In this document: one piece after another, positions 14,544 to 28,800 of the stretch
Position numbering within the stretch: position 1 is the first letter of the stretch
Layout of the letters: each line of letters opens with the position of its first letter
NCBI RefSeq assembly: GCF_009914755.1
Contig: NC_060933.1
Length of the DNA stretch: 64,000 bases
Origin: the human T2T-CHM13v2.0 reference genome, Homo sapiens
Reading direction: 5' to 3' (one strand)
Notes under the pieces: generated by a model
What the model was told of the DNA's origin: nothing
Database searches by the model: none
Seen by the model: the letters and a program-made list of their open reading frames with translations, nothing else
Program-made: the position numbers and the translations under genes

Positions 14544-15557
14544 GTTTATTCCATTCCATTCCATTCCATTCCGGATGATTCCATTCCATTGCATTCCATT
14601 CCATTCCATTCCCCTGCAGTCGTGTTGATTCCATTCCCTTCCATTCCATTCCATTCCGTTCCATTCCATTCTATTCCGGTTAACTCCATTCCATTCCATT
14701 CCATTCCATTCCATTGCAATCGAGTTGATTGCATTCCATTCCTTTCCATTCCATTCCATTGCCTTGCATTCCACTCGGGTTGATTCCATTCCCTTCTTTC
14801 CACTCCATTACATTCCCTTCCATGATTGATTCCATTCCATTCCATTCCAGTTCATTCCATTGCAATCCATTCCAATCCATTCCATTCCATTCCATTCCAC
14901 TCGAGTTGAGTTCATTCCATTCATTTCCATTCCATTCCATTCCTTTCCACTCGAGTTGATTCCATTCCATTCCAATCCATTGCATTCCATTCCATGCCAT
15001 TCCACTCGGGTTGATTAATTTCCTTTGCATTCCATTCCATTCCATTCCATTCCATTCCATTCCATTCTGTTGCATTCCATTCCATTACATTTGGATTGAT
15101 TCTATTCAACTCCCTTACTCTCCATTACATTCCATTCCATTCGGATTGTTCCATTCCATTCCATTCCATTCCACTCCATTCCATTGCACTCGGGTTGATT
15201 CCATTCCATTCCATTCCATTCCATTCCATTCCATTCCGGATGATTCCATTCCATTGCATTCCGTTCCATTACATTCCCCTGCACTCGCGTTGATTCCATT
15301 CCATTCCATTCCTTTCCATTCAATTCCATTCCATTACAATTCGTTCCATTCCATTGTATTCCGTACCATTCCATTCCATTCCATACCATTCCATTCCATT
15401 CCATTCCATTCCATTCCATTCCGTTCCATTCCGTTGCATTCCATTCAATTCCATTCTATTCGGGTTAATCCCATTCCATTCCATTCCATTCCATTCTATT
15501 CCATTCCATTGCAACCGAGTTGAATCCATTGCATTTCATTCCATTCCATTCCATTCC

Positions 15558-15572
15558 ATTCCGGAAGATTCC
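15558..15572. promoter_or_regulatory. Perfect 3-unit heat-shock element match (aTTCcgGAAgaTTCc), representative of ~14 copies in the main array
   Basis: attccggaagattcc fits nTTCnnGAAnnTTCn. Further copies at ~16421, 20450, 21664, 22517, 27001, 38584, 44199, 45733, 47170, 56227, 61096, 61944 and 63646. This is a motif match only. Confidence 0.5.
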
Positions 15573-18500
15573 ATTCCATTGCATTCCATTCCATGCCATT
15601 CCCCTGCACTCGCGTTGATTCCATTCCATTCCATTCCATTCCATTCCATTCCATTCCATTCCATTCCGTTCCGTTCCGTTCCATTCCATTCCATTCCATT
15701 CCATTCCATTCCGTTCCGTTCCATTCCATTCCATTCCATTCTATTCGGGTTAATTCCACTCCATTCCATTCGATTGCAATCGTGTTGATTCCATTCCATT
15801 CCATTCCATTCCATTCCATTCCATTCCATTCCATTCCTTTCCATTCCATTACGGATGATTCCATTCCATTGCATTCCATTCCATTCCATTCCCCTGTAAT
15901 CGGGTTGATTCCATTCCTTTGCATTCCAATCCATGCCCTTCCACTCGTGTTGATTCCATTCTTTCCATTCCATTCAAGTTGAATCTATTCCATTGCATTC
16001 CATTCCATTCGATTCCATTCGATTGCACTCGGGTTGATTCCATTCCATTGCATTCCATTCCATTCCATTCCATTCCATTCCATTCCATTCCATTCCGTTC
16101 CATTCCATTCCATTACATTCGGATTGATTCTATTCAATTCCCTTACACTCCATTACATTCCATTCCATTCGGGTAGTTTCCATTCCATTCCATTCCATTC
16201 CTCTTCATTCCATTGCACTCGGGTTGATTCCATTCCATTGCATTCCATTCCATTCCATTCCGTTCCATTCCATTCCATTACATTCGGATTGACTCTATTC
16301 AACTCCCTTACTCTCTATTACATTCCATTGCATTCGGCTTGTTCCATTCCATTCCATTCCATTCCACTCCATTCCATTGCACTCAGGTTTATTCCATTTC
16401 ATTCCATTCCATTCCATTCCATTCCGGAAGATTCCATTCCATTGCATTCCATTCCATTCCATTCCCCTGCACTCGCGTTGATTCCATTCCATTCCATTCC
16501 ATTCCATTCCATTCCATTCCATTCCATTCCATTCCGATCCGTTCCGTTCCATTCCATTCCATTCCATTCTATTCGGGTTAATTCCATTCCATTCCATTCG
16601 ATTGCAATCGAGTTGATTTCATTCCATTCCATTCCATTCCTTTTCATTCAATTACGGATGATTCCATTCCATTGCATTCCATTCCATTCCATTCCCCTGT
16701 ACTCGGGTTGATTCCATTCCATTCCATTCCAATCCATGCCATTCCACTCGTGTTGATTCCATTCTTTCCATTCCATTCAAGTTGAATCCATTCCATTGCA
16801 TTCCCTTCCATTCCATTCCCCTGCAGTCGGGTTGATTCGATTCCATTCCATTCCATTCCATTCCATTCCATTCCGTTCCGTTCCATTCCATTCCATTCCA
16901 TTCTATTCGGGTTAATTCCATTCCATTCCATTCCATTCCATTCCATTCCATTCCATTCCAATCGAGTTGATTCCATTCCATTCCAATCCATTCCATTCCA
17001 CTCCATTCCAGTCCTTTCCATTCCATTCCACTCGGGTTGATTCCAATGTATTCCTTTCCATTCCATTCCATTCCATTGCAATCGAGTTGATTCCATTGCT
17101 TTGCATTCCATTCCATTCCATTCCATTCCGGATGATTCCATTCCATTGCATTCTATTCCATTCCATTCCCCTGTACTCGGGTTGATTCCATTCCATTCCA
17201 CTCCATTCCGTTCCATTCCATTCCATTCCATTGTATTCGGGTTAATTCCATTCCATTCCATTCCATTCCATTCCATTCCATTACAATCGAGTTGATTCCA
17301 TTCCATTCCATTCCATTCCATTCCATTCCAGTCCATTCCATTCCATTCCACTCGGGTTGATTCCATTCTATTAGTTTCCATTCCATTCCATTCCCTTCCA
17401 TTCCACTCTGGTTGATTCCATTCCTTTCCATTCCACTCGAATACATTCCCTCCTATTCCACTCGGAACGATTCCATTCCATTCCATTCCATTCCATTCCA
17501 TTCCAATTCGTTCCATTCCATTCTATTCCATATCATTCCATTCCATTCCGTTCCATTCCATTCCATTCCATTCCACTCGTGTTGATTCCATTCCTTTCCA
17601 TTCCATTCGGTTTGAAGGCATTCCATTCCATTCCATTCCATTCCATTGTACTCGGGTTGATTCCATTCCATTGCATTCCATTCCATTCCATTCCATTCCA
17701 TTCCCTTGCATTCCATTCCATTACATTCGGATTGATTCTATTCAAATCCCTTACTCTCCATTACATTCCATTCCATACGGGTTGTTCCATTCCATTCCAT
17801 TCCATTCCACTCCATTCCATTGCACTAGGGTTGATTCCATTCCATTCCATTCCATTCCATTCCGGATGATTCCATTCCATTGCATTCCGTTCCATTACAT
17901 TCCCCTGCACTCGCGTTCATTCCATTCCATTCCATTCCATTCAATTACATTCCATTACAATTCGTTGGATTCCATTCTATTCCGTACCATTCCATTCCAT
18001 TCCATACCATTCCATTCCATTCCATTCCATTCCATTCCATTCCATTGCATTCCATTCCATTCCATTCGATTGCAATCGAGTTGATTCCATTCCATTCCAT
18101 TCCATTCCATTCCATTCCTTTCCATTCCATTACGGATGATTCCATTCCATTGCATTCCATTCCATTCCATTCCCCTGTACTCGGGTTGATTCCATTCCAT
18201 TCCATTCCAATCCATGCCATTCCACTCGTGTTGATTCCATTCTTTCCATTCCATTCAAGTTGAATCCATTCCATTGCATTCCATTCAATTTGATTCCATT
18301 CGATTGCACTCGGGTTGATTCCATTCCATTGCATTCCATTCCATTCAATTCCATTCCATTCCATTCCATTCCATTCCATTACATTACATTCCATTACATT
18401 CGGATTGATTCTATTCAATTCCCTTACACTGCATTACATTCCATTCCATTCGGGTAGTTTCCATTCCATTCCATTCCATTCCTCTCCATTCCATTGCACT

Positions 18501-21500
18501 CGGGTTGATTCCATTCCATTGCATTCCATTCCATTCCATTCAATTCCATTCCGTTGCATTCAATTCCATTACATGCGGATTGATTCTATTCAACTCCCTT
18601 ACTCTCCATTCCATTCCATTCCATTCAGGTTGTTCCATTCCATTCCATTCCATTCCACTCCATTCCATTGCACTCGGGTTGATTCCATTCCATTCCATTC
18701 CATTCCATTCCATTCCATTCCATTCCATTCCATTCCATTACAATCGAGTTGATTCCATTCCATTCCATTCCATTCCATTCCTTTCCATTCCATTCCACTC
18801 GGGTTGATTCCATTCTATTAGTTTCCATTCCATTCCATTGCCTTCCATTCCACTCTGGTTGATTCCATTCCTTTCCATTCCACTCGAATACATTCCCTCC
18901 TATTCCACTCGGAACGATTCCATTCCATTCCATTCCATTCCATTCCATTCCATTCCATTTCGTTCCATTCCATTCTATTACGTATCATTCCATTCCATTC
19001 CATTCCATTCCATTCCATTCGATTCCATTCCATTCCATTGTACTCGGGTTGAATCCATTCCATTGCATTCCATTCCATTCCATTCCATTCCATTCCATTC
19101 CATTCCATTCCATTGCGTTCCATTCCATTACATTCGGATTGATTCTTTTCAACTCCCTTACTCTCCATTACATTCCATTCCATTCGGATTGTTCCATTCA
19201 ATTCCATTCCATTCCACTCCATTCCATTGCACTCGGGTTGATTCCATTCCATTCCATTGCATTCCATTCCGGATGATTCCATTCCATTGCATTCCGTTCC
19301 ATTACATTCCCCTGCACTCGGGTTGATTAAATTCCATTCCATTCCATTCCATTCCATTCCATTCCATTCCATTCCATTCCCCTGCACTCGCGTTGATTCC
19401 ATTCCATTCCATTCCATTCCATTCCATTCCATTCCTTTCCATTCCAGTCCTTTCCATTCCATTCCACTCGGGTTGATTCCATTCTATTAGTTTCCATTCC
19501 ATTCCATTCCCTTCCATTCCACTCTGGTTGATTCCATTCCTTTCCATTCCACTCGAATACATTCCCTCCTATTCCACTCGGAACGATTCCATTCCATTCC
19601 ATTCCATTCCATTCCATTCCATTCCATTCCATTCCATTCCATTCCATTTCGTTCCATTCCATTCTATTCCGTATCATTCCATTCCATTCCATTCCATTCC
19701 ATTCCATTCCACTCGTTTTGATTTCATTCCTTTCCATTCCATTCGGTTTGAAGGCATTCCATTCCATTCCATTCCATTCCAATCCATTCCATTCCATTCC
19801 ATTCCATTTCGTTCCATTCCATTCTTTTCCGTATCATTCCATTCCATTCCATTCCATTCCATTCCGTTCCATTCCATTCCATTCCATTCCATTTTACTCG
19901 GGTTGATTCAATTCCATTGCATTCCATTCCATTCCATTCCATTCCATTCCGTTGCATTCCATTCCATTTCATTCGGATTGATTCTATTCAACTCCCTTAC
20001 TCTTCATTACATTCCATTCCATTCGGGTTGTTCCATTCCATTCCATTCCATTCCACTCCATTCCATTGCGCTCGGATTGATTCCATTCCATTCCATTCCA
20101 TTCCATTCCATTCCGGATGATTCCATTCCATTGCATTCCGTTCCATTACATTCCCCTGCACTCGGGTTGATTCCATTCCATTCCATTCCATTCCATTCCA
20201 TTCCATTCCATTCCAATTCTTTCCATTCCATTCTATTCCGTACCATTCCATTCCATTGCATACAATTCCATTCCATTCCATTCCACTCCGTTCCGTTCCG
20301 TTCCGTTCCATTCCGTTCCATACCATTCCATTCCATTCTATTCGGTTTAATTCCATTCCATTCCATTCCATTCCATTCCATTCCATTCTATTCCATTCCA
20401 TTGCAATCGATTTGAATCCATTGCATTCCATTCCATTCCATTCCATTCCATTCCGGAAGATTCCATTCCATTGCATTCCATTCCATTCCATTCCATTCCA
20501 TTCCATTCCATTCCATTCCATTCCTTTCCATTCCATTACGGATGATTCCATTCCATTGCGTTCCATTCCATTCCATTCCCCTGTACTCGGGTTGATTCCA
20601 TTCCATTCCATTCCAATCCATGCCATTCCACTCGTGTTGATTCCATTCTTTCCATTCCATTCAAGTTGAATCCATTCCATTGCATTCCATTCCATTCCAT
20701 TCCCCTGCAGTCGGGTTGTTTCCATTCCATTCCATTCCATTCCATTCCATTCCATTCCATTCCGTTCCGTTCCGTTCCGTTCCATTCCATTCCATTCCAT
20801 TCTATTCGGGTTAATTCCATTTCATTCCATTCCATTCCATTCCATTCCATTCCAATCGAGTTGATTCCATTCCATTCCATTCCATTCCATTCCACTCCAT
20901 TCCAGTCCTTTCCATTCCATTCCACTCGGGTTGATTCCAATGTATTCCTTTCCATTCCATTCCATTCCATTGCAATCGAGTTGATTCCATTGCTTTGCAT
21001 TCCATTCCATTCCATTCCATTCCGGATGATTGCATTCCATTGCATTCCATTCCATTCCATTCCCCTGCACTCGGGTTGATTCCATTCCATTCCACTCCAT
21101 TCCGTTCCATTCCATTCCATTGCATTGTATTCGGGTTAATTCCATTCCATTCCATTCCATTCCATTCCATTCCATTACAATCGAGTTGATTCCATTCCAT
21201 TCCATTCCATTCCAGTCCTTTCCATTCTATTCCTCTCGGGTTGATTCCATTCTATTAGTTTCCATTCCATTCCATTCCCTTCCATTCCACTCTGGTTGAT
21301 TCCATTCCTTTCCATTCCACTCGAATACATTCCCTCCTATTCCACTCGGAACGATTCCATTCCATTCCATTCCATTCCATTCCATTCCATTCCATTTCTT
21401 TCCATTCCATTCTATTCCGTATCATTCCATTCCATTCCATTCCATTCCATTCCATTCCATTCCATTCCATTCCATTCCATTGTACTCGGGTTGATTCCAT

Positions 21501-24500
21501 TCCATTGCATTCCATTCCATTCCATTCCATTCCATTCCGTTCCATTGCATTCCATTCCATTCTATTCGGGTTAATTCCATTCCATTCCATTCCATTCTAT
21601 TCCATTCCATTTCAATCGAGTTGAATCCATTGCATTTCATTCCATTACATTCCATTCCATTCCATTCCGGAAGATTCCATTCCATTGCATTCCATTCCAT
21701 TCCATTCCCCTGCACTCGCGTTGATTCCATTCCATTCCATTCCATTCCATTCCATTCCGTTCCGTTCCGTTCCGTTCCGTTCCTTTCCATTCCATTCCAT
21801 TCCATTCCGTTCCGTTCCATTCCATTCCATTCCATTCTATTCGGGTTAATTCCATTCCATGCCATTCGATTGCAATCGAATTGATTCCATTCTATTTCAT
21901 TCCATTCCATTCCATTCCATTCCATTCCTTTCCATTCCATTACGGATGATTCCATTCCATTGCATTCCATTCCATTCCATTCCCCTGTACTCCGGTTGAT
22001 TCCATTCCATTCCATTCCAATCCATGCCATTCCACTCGTGTTGATTCCATTCTTTCCATTCCATTCAAGTTGAATCCATTCCATTGCATTCCATTCCATT
22101 CGATTCCATTCGATTGCACTCGGGTTGATTCCATTCCATTGCATTCCATTCCATTCCATTCCATTCCATTCCATTCCATTCCGTTCCATTCCATTCCATT
22201 ACATTCGGATTGATTCTATTCAATTCCCTTACCCTCCATTACATTCCATTCCATTCGGGTAGTTTCCATTCCATTCTATTCCTCTCCATTCCATTGCACT
22301 CGGGTTGATTCCATTCCATTGCATTCCATTCCATTCCATTCAATTCCATTCCGTTCCATTCCATTCCATTACATTCGGATTGATTCTATTCAACTCCCTT
22401 ACTCTCCATTAAATTCCATTCCATTCGGGTTGTTCCAATCCATTCCATTACATTCCACTCCATTCCATTGCACTCGGGTTTATTCCATTCAATTCCATTC
22501 CATTCCATTCCATTCCATTCCGGAAGATTCCATTCCATTGCATTCCATTCCATTCCATTCCCCTGCACTCGCGTTGATTCCATTCCATTCCATTCCATTC
22601 CATTCCATTCCATTCCTTTCCATTCCATTCCATTCCATTCCATTCCATTCCATTCCGTTCCGTTCCGTTCCGTTCCATTCCATTCCATTCCATTTTATTC
22701 GGGTTAATTCCATTCCATTCCATTCGATTGCAATCGAGTTGATTCCATTCCATTCCATTCCATTCCATTCCATTCCATTCCATTCCTTTTCATTCCATTA
22801 CGGATGATTCCATTCCTTTGCATTCCATTCCATTCCTTTCCCCTGTACTCGGGTTGATTCCATTCCATTCCATTCCAATCCATGCCATTCTACTCGTGTT
22901 GATTCCATTCTTTCCATTCCATTCAAGTTGAATCCATTCCATTGCTTTCCATTCCATTCCATTCCCCTGCAGTCGGGTTGATTCCATTCCATTCCATTCC
23001 ATTCCATTCCATTTCATTCCGTTCCGTTCCGTTCCGTTCCATTCCATTCCATTCCATTCTATTCGGTTTAATTCCATTCCATTCCATTCCATTCTATTCC
23101 ATTCCATTCCAATCGAGTTGATTCCATTCCATTTCATTCCATTCCATTCCACTCCATTGCAGTCCTTTCCATTCCATTCCACTCGGGGTGATTCCAATGT
23201 ATTCCTTTCCATTCCATTCCATTGCATTGCAATCGAGTTGATTCCATTGCTTTGCATTCCATTCCATTCCATTCCATTCCGGATGATTCCATTGCATTGC
23301 ATTCCATTCCATTCCATTCCCCTGCACTCGGGTTGATTCCATTCCATTCCACTCCATTCCATTCCATTCCATTCCATTCCATTGTATTCGGGTTAATTCC
23401 ATTCCATTCCATTCCATTCCATTCCATTCCATTACAATCGAGTTGATTCCATTCCATTCCATTCCATTCCATTCTAGTCCTTTCCATTCCATTCCACTCG
23501 GGTTGATTCCATTCTATTAGTTTCCATTCCATTCCATTCCCTTCCATTCCACTCTGCTGATTCCATTCCTTTCCATTCCTCTCGAATACATTCCCTCCTA
23601 TTCCACTCGGAACGATTCCATTCCATTCCATTCCATTCCATTCCATTCGATTCCATTTCGTTCCATTCCATTCTATTCCGTATCATTCCATTCCATTCCA
23701 TTCCATTCCATTCCATTCCACTCGTGTTGATTACATTCCTTTCCATTCCATTCGGTTTGAAGACATTCCATTCCATTCCATTCCATTCCATTCCATTCCA
23801 TTCCATTCCATTGTACTCGGGTTGATTCCATTCCATTGCATTCCATTCCATTCCATTCCGGATGATTCCATTCCATTGCATTCCATTCCATTACATTCCC
23901 CTGCACTCGGGTTGATTCCATTCCATTCCATTCCATTACATTCCGTTCCATTCCATTCCATTCCATTCGGATTGATTCTATTCAATTCCCTTACACTCCA
24001 TTACATTCCATTCCATTCGGGTAGTTTCCATTCCATTCCATTCCATTCCTCTCTATTCCATTGCACTCGGGTTGATTCCATTCCATTCCATTCCATTCCA
24101 TTCCATTCCATTCCATTCCATTCCATTCCATTCCATTCCGTTCCATTGTACTCTGGTTGATTCCATTCCATTGCATTCCATTCCATTCCATTCCATTCCA
24201 TTCCATTCCATTCCATTCCATTCCTTTCCATTCCATTACATTCGTATTGATTCTATTCAACTCCCTTACTCTCCATTACATTCCATTCCATTCGGGTTTT
24301 TCCATTCCATTCCATTCCATTCCACTCCATTCCATTGCATTCGGGTTGATTCCATTCCATTCCATTCCATTCCATTCCATTCCATTCCATTCCATTCCAA
24401 TTCATTCCATTCCATTCTATTCCGTACCATTCCATTCCATTCCATACAATTCCATTCCATTCCATTCCACTCCGTTCCGTTCCGTTCCGTTCTGTTCCAT

Positions 24501-25896
24501 TCCATTCCATTCCATTCCATTCTATTCCATTCCATTGCAATCGAGTTGAATCCATTGCATTCAATTCCATTCCATTCCATTCCATTACGGAAGATTCCAT
24601 TCCATTCCATTCCATTCCGTTCCATTCCATTCCATTCCATTCCATTGTACTCGGGTTGATTCCTTTCCATTGCATTCCATTCCATTCCATTCCATTCCAT
24701 TCCATTCCGTTCCATTCCATTCCATTACATTCGGATTGATTCTTTTCAACTCCCTTACTCTCCATTACATTCCATTCCATTCGGGTTGTTCCATTCCATT
24801 CCATTCCATTCCACTCCATTCCATTGCACTCGGGTTGATTCCATTCCATTCCATTCCATTCCATTCCGGATGATTCCTTTCCATTGCATTCCGTTCCATT
24901 ACATTCCCCTGCACTCGGGTTGATTCCATTCCATTCCATTCCATTCGATTCCATTCCATTCTCCTGCACTCGCGTTGATTCCATTCCATTCCATTCCATT
25001 CCATTCCATTCCATTCCTTTCCATTCCAGGCCTTTCCATTCCATTCCACTAGGGTTGATTCCATTCTATTAGTTTCCATTCCATTCCATTCCCTTCCATT
25101 CCACTCTGGTTGATTCCATTCCTTTCCATTCCACTCGAATACATTCCCTCCTATTCCACTCGGAACGATTCCATTCCATTCCATTCCATTCCAGTCCATT
25201 CTATTCCATTCCATTTCGTTCCATTCCATCCTATTCCGTATCATTCCATTCCATTCCATTCCATTCCATTCCATTCCTTTCCATTCGTGTTGATTCCATT
25301 CCTTTCCATTCCATTCGGTTTGAAGGCATTCCATTCCATCCCATTCCATTCCATTGTACTCGGGTTGATTCCATTCCATTGCATTCCATTCCATTCCATT
25401 CCATTCCATTCCGTTGCATTCCATTCCATTACATTCTGATTGATTCTATTCAACTCCCTTACTCTCCATTACATTCCATTCCATTCGGGTTGTTCCATTC
25501 CATTCCATTCCATTCCACTCCATTCCATTGCACTCGGGTTGATTCCATTCCATTCCATTCCATTCCATTCCATTCCGGATGATTCCTTTCCATTGCATTC
25601 CGTTCCATTACATTCCCCTGCACTCGCGTTGATTCCATTCCATTCCATTCCATTCCATTGAATTCCATTCCATTACAATTCGTTCCATTCCATTCTATTC
25701 CGTACCATTCCATTCCATTCCATACCATTCCATTGCATTCCATTCCATTCCATTCCATTCCATTCCACTCCATTCCAGTCCTTTCCATTCCATTCCAATC
25801 AGGTTGATTCCATTCTATTCCTTTCCATTCCATTCCTTTCCATTGCAATCGAGTTGATTCCATTGCTTTGCATTCCATTCCATTCCATTCCATTCC

Positions 25897-28800
25897 GGAT
25901 GATTCCATTCCATTGCATTCCATTCCATTCCATTCCCGTGCACTCGGGTTGAATCCATTCCATTCCACTCCATTCCGTTCCATTCCATTCCATTCCATTC
26001 CATTCCATTCCATTCCATTCCATTCCATTGTATTCGGGTTAATTCCATTCCATTCCGTTCCATTCCATTCCATTCCATTCCATTACAATCGAGTTGATTC
26101 CATTCCATTCCATTCCATTCCATTTCAGTCCTTTCCATTCCATTCCACTCGGGTTGATTCCAATCTAATCTATTAGTTTCCATTCCATTCCATTCCCTTC
26201 CATTCCACTCTGGTTGATTCAATTCCTTTCCATTCCACTCGAATACATTCTCTCCTATTCCCCTCGGAACGATTCCATTCCATTCCATTCCATTCCATTG
26301 CATTCCATTCCATTCCGTTCCATTCCATTCCATTACATTCGGATTGATACTATTCAATTCCCTTACACTCCATTACATTCCATTCCATTCGGGTAGTTTC
26401 CATTCCATTCCATTCCATTCCTCTCCATTCCATTACACTCGGGTTGATACCATTCCATTGCATTCCATTCCATTCCATTCAATTCCATTCCGTTCCATTC
26501 CATTCCATTACATTCGGATTGATTCTATTCAACTCCCTTACTCTCCATTACATTCCATTCCATTCGGGTTGTTCCATTTCATTCCATTCCATTCCACTCC
26601 ATTCCATTGCACTCGGGTTGATTCCATTCCATTCCATTCCATTCCATTCCATTCCATTCCATTCCATTCCGGATGATTCCATTCCATTACATTCCGTTCC
26701 ATTACATTCCCCTGCACTCGGGTTGATTCCATTCCATTCCATTCCATTCCATTCGATTCCATTCCATTCCAATTCTTTCCATTCCATTCTATTCCGTTCC
26801 ATTCCATTCCATTCCATACAATTCCATTCCATTCCATTCCATTCCGTTCCGTTCCGTTCCGTTCCGTTCCGTTCCGTTCCGTTCCTTTCCATTCCATTCC
26901 ATTCCATTCTATTCGGGTTAATTCCATTCCATTCCATTCCATTCCATTCTATTGCATTCCATTGCAATCGAGTTGAATCCATTGCATTCCATTCCATTCC
27001 ATTCCGGAAGATTCCATTCCATTGCATTCCATTCCATTCCATTCCCCTGCACTCGCGTTGATTCCATTCCATTCCATTCCATTCCATTCCGATCCGTTCC
27101 ATTCCACTCCATTCCATTCCATTCCATTCCATTCCGTTCCGTTCCATTCCATTCCATTCCATTCCATTCTATTCGGGTTAATTCCATTCCATTCCATTCG
27201 ATTGCAATCGAGTTGATTCCATTCAATTCCATTCCATTCCATTCCATTCCATTCCATTCCATTCCATTCCATTCCTTTCCATTACATTACGTATGATTCC
27301 ATTCCATTTCATTCCATTCCATTCCATTCCCCTCTACTCGGGTTGATTCCATTCCATTCCATTCCAATCCATGCCATTCCACTCGTGTTGATTCCATTCT
27401 TTCCATTCCATTCTAGTTGAATCCATTCCATTGCATTCCATTTCATTCGATTCCATTCGATTCCATTCGATTGCACTCGGGTTGATTCCATGACATTGCA
27501 TTCCATTCCATTCCATTCCATTCCTTTCCATTCCATTCCATTCCATTCGGATTCATTCTATTCAATTCCCTTACACTCCATTCCATTCCATTCCATTCGG
27601 GTAGTTTCCATTCCATTCCATTCCATTCCTCTCCATTCCATTGCACTCGGGTTGATTCCATTCCATTCCATTCCATTCCATTCCATTCCATTCCATTCCA
27701 TTCCATTCCGGATGATTCCATTCCATTGAATTCCATTCCATTCCATTCCCCTGCACTTGGGTTGATTCCATTCCATTCCATTCCATTCCTTTCTGTTCCA
27801 TTCCATTCCATTCCATTCCATTCTATTCGTGTTAATTCCATTCCATTCTATTCCATTCCATTCCATTGAAATCGAGTTGATTCCATTCCATTCCATTCCA
27901 TTCCATTCCATTCCGGATGATTCCATTGCATTGCATTCCATTCCATTCCATTCCCCTGCACTCGGGATGATTCCATTCGATTCCTTTGCATTACATTCCG
28001 TTCCATTTCGTTCCATTTCATTCTATTCGGGTTAATTCCATTCCATTGCATTCCACTCCATTCCAGTCCTTTCCATTCCATTCCACTCGGGTTGATTCCA
28101 TTCTATTCTTTTCCATTCCATTCCATTCCATTGCAATCGAGTTGATTCCATTCGAGTTGAATCCATTCCATTCCATTCCATTCCATTGCACACGGGTTCA
28201 TTCCATTCCATTCCATTCCATTCCATTCCATTCCATTCCTTTCCATTTCATTCCATTCCATTCTATTCCGTACCATTCTATTCCATCCCATTCCATTCCG
28301 TTCCATTCCATGCCATTACACTCGGGTTGAATCCATTCCTTTCCATTCCATTCTTGTTGAATCCATTCCATTCCATTCCATTCCATTCGAATCCATTCCA
28401 TTGCACTCGGGTTGATTCCATTCCATTCCATTCCGTTCCATTTCATTCCATTCCATTCCATTACATTCGGATTGATTCTATTCAATTCCCTTACACTCCA
28501 TTACATTCCATTCCATTCGGGATGTTTCCATTTCATTCCCTTCCATTCCACTCCATTCCATTGCATCAGGTTGATGGCATTCCATTCCATTCCGTTCCAT
28601 TCCGGATGATTCCATTCTATTGCATTCCATTCCATTCCATTCCCCTGCACTCGGGTTGATTCCATTCCATTCCATTCCATTCCATTCCATTCCATTCCAT
28701 TCCATTCCATTCTATTCCGGTTAATTCCATTCCATTACATTCGATTCCATTCCATTCCCTTCCATTCCATTGCAATCGAGTTGATTCCATTCCATTCCAT

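Noticed and set aside
16095-16340. ~170 bp spacing of paired CGGATTGATT modules suggesting an alphoid-like or nucleosome-length monomer
   Set aside because: It is an old local dimer of two paralogous modules (CAATTCCCTTACAC / CAACTCCCTTACTC) and not a continuous periodicity; spacing varies with pentamer count.
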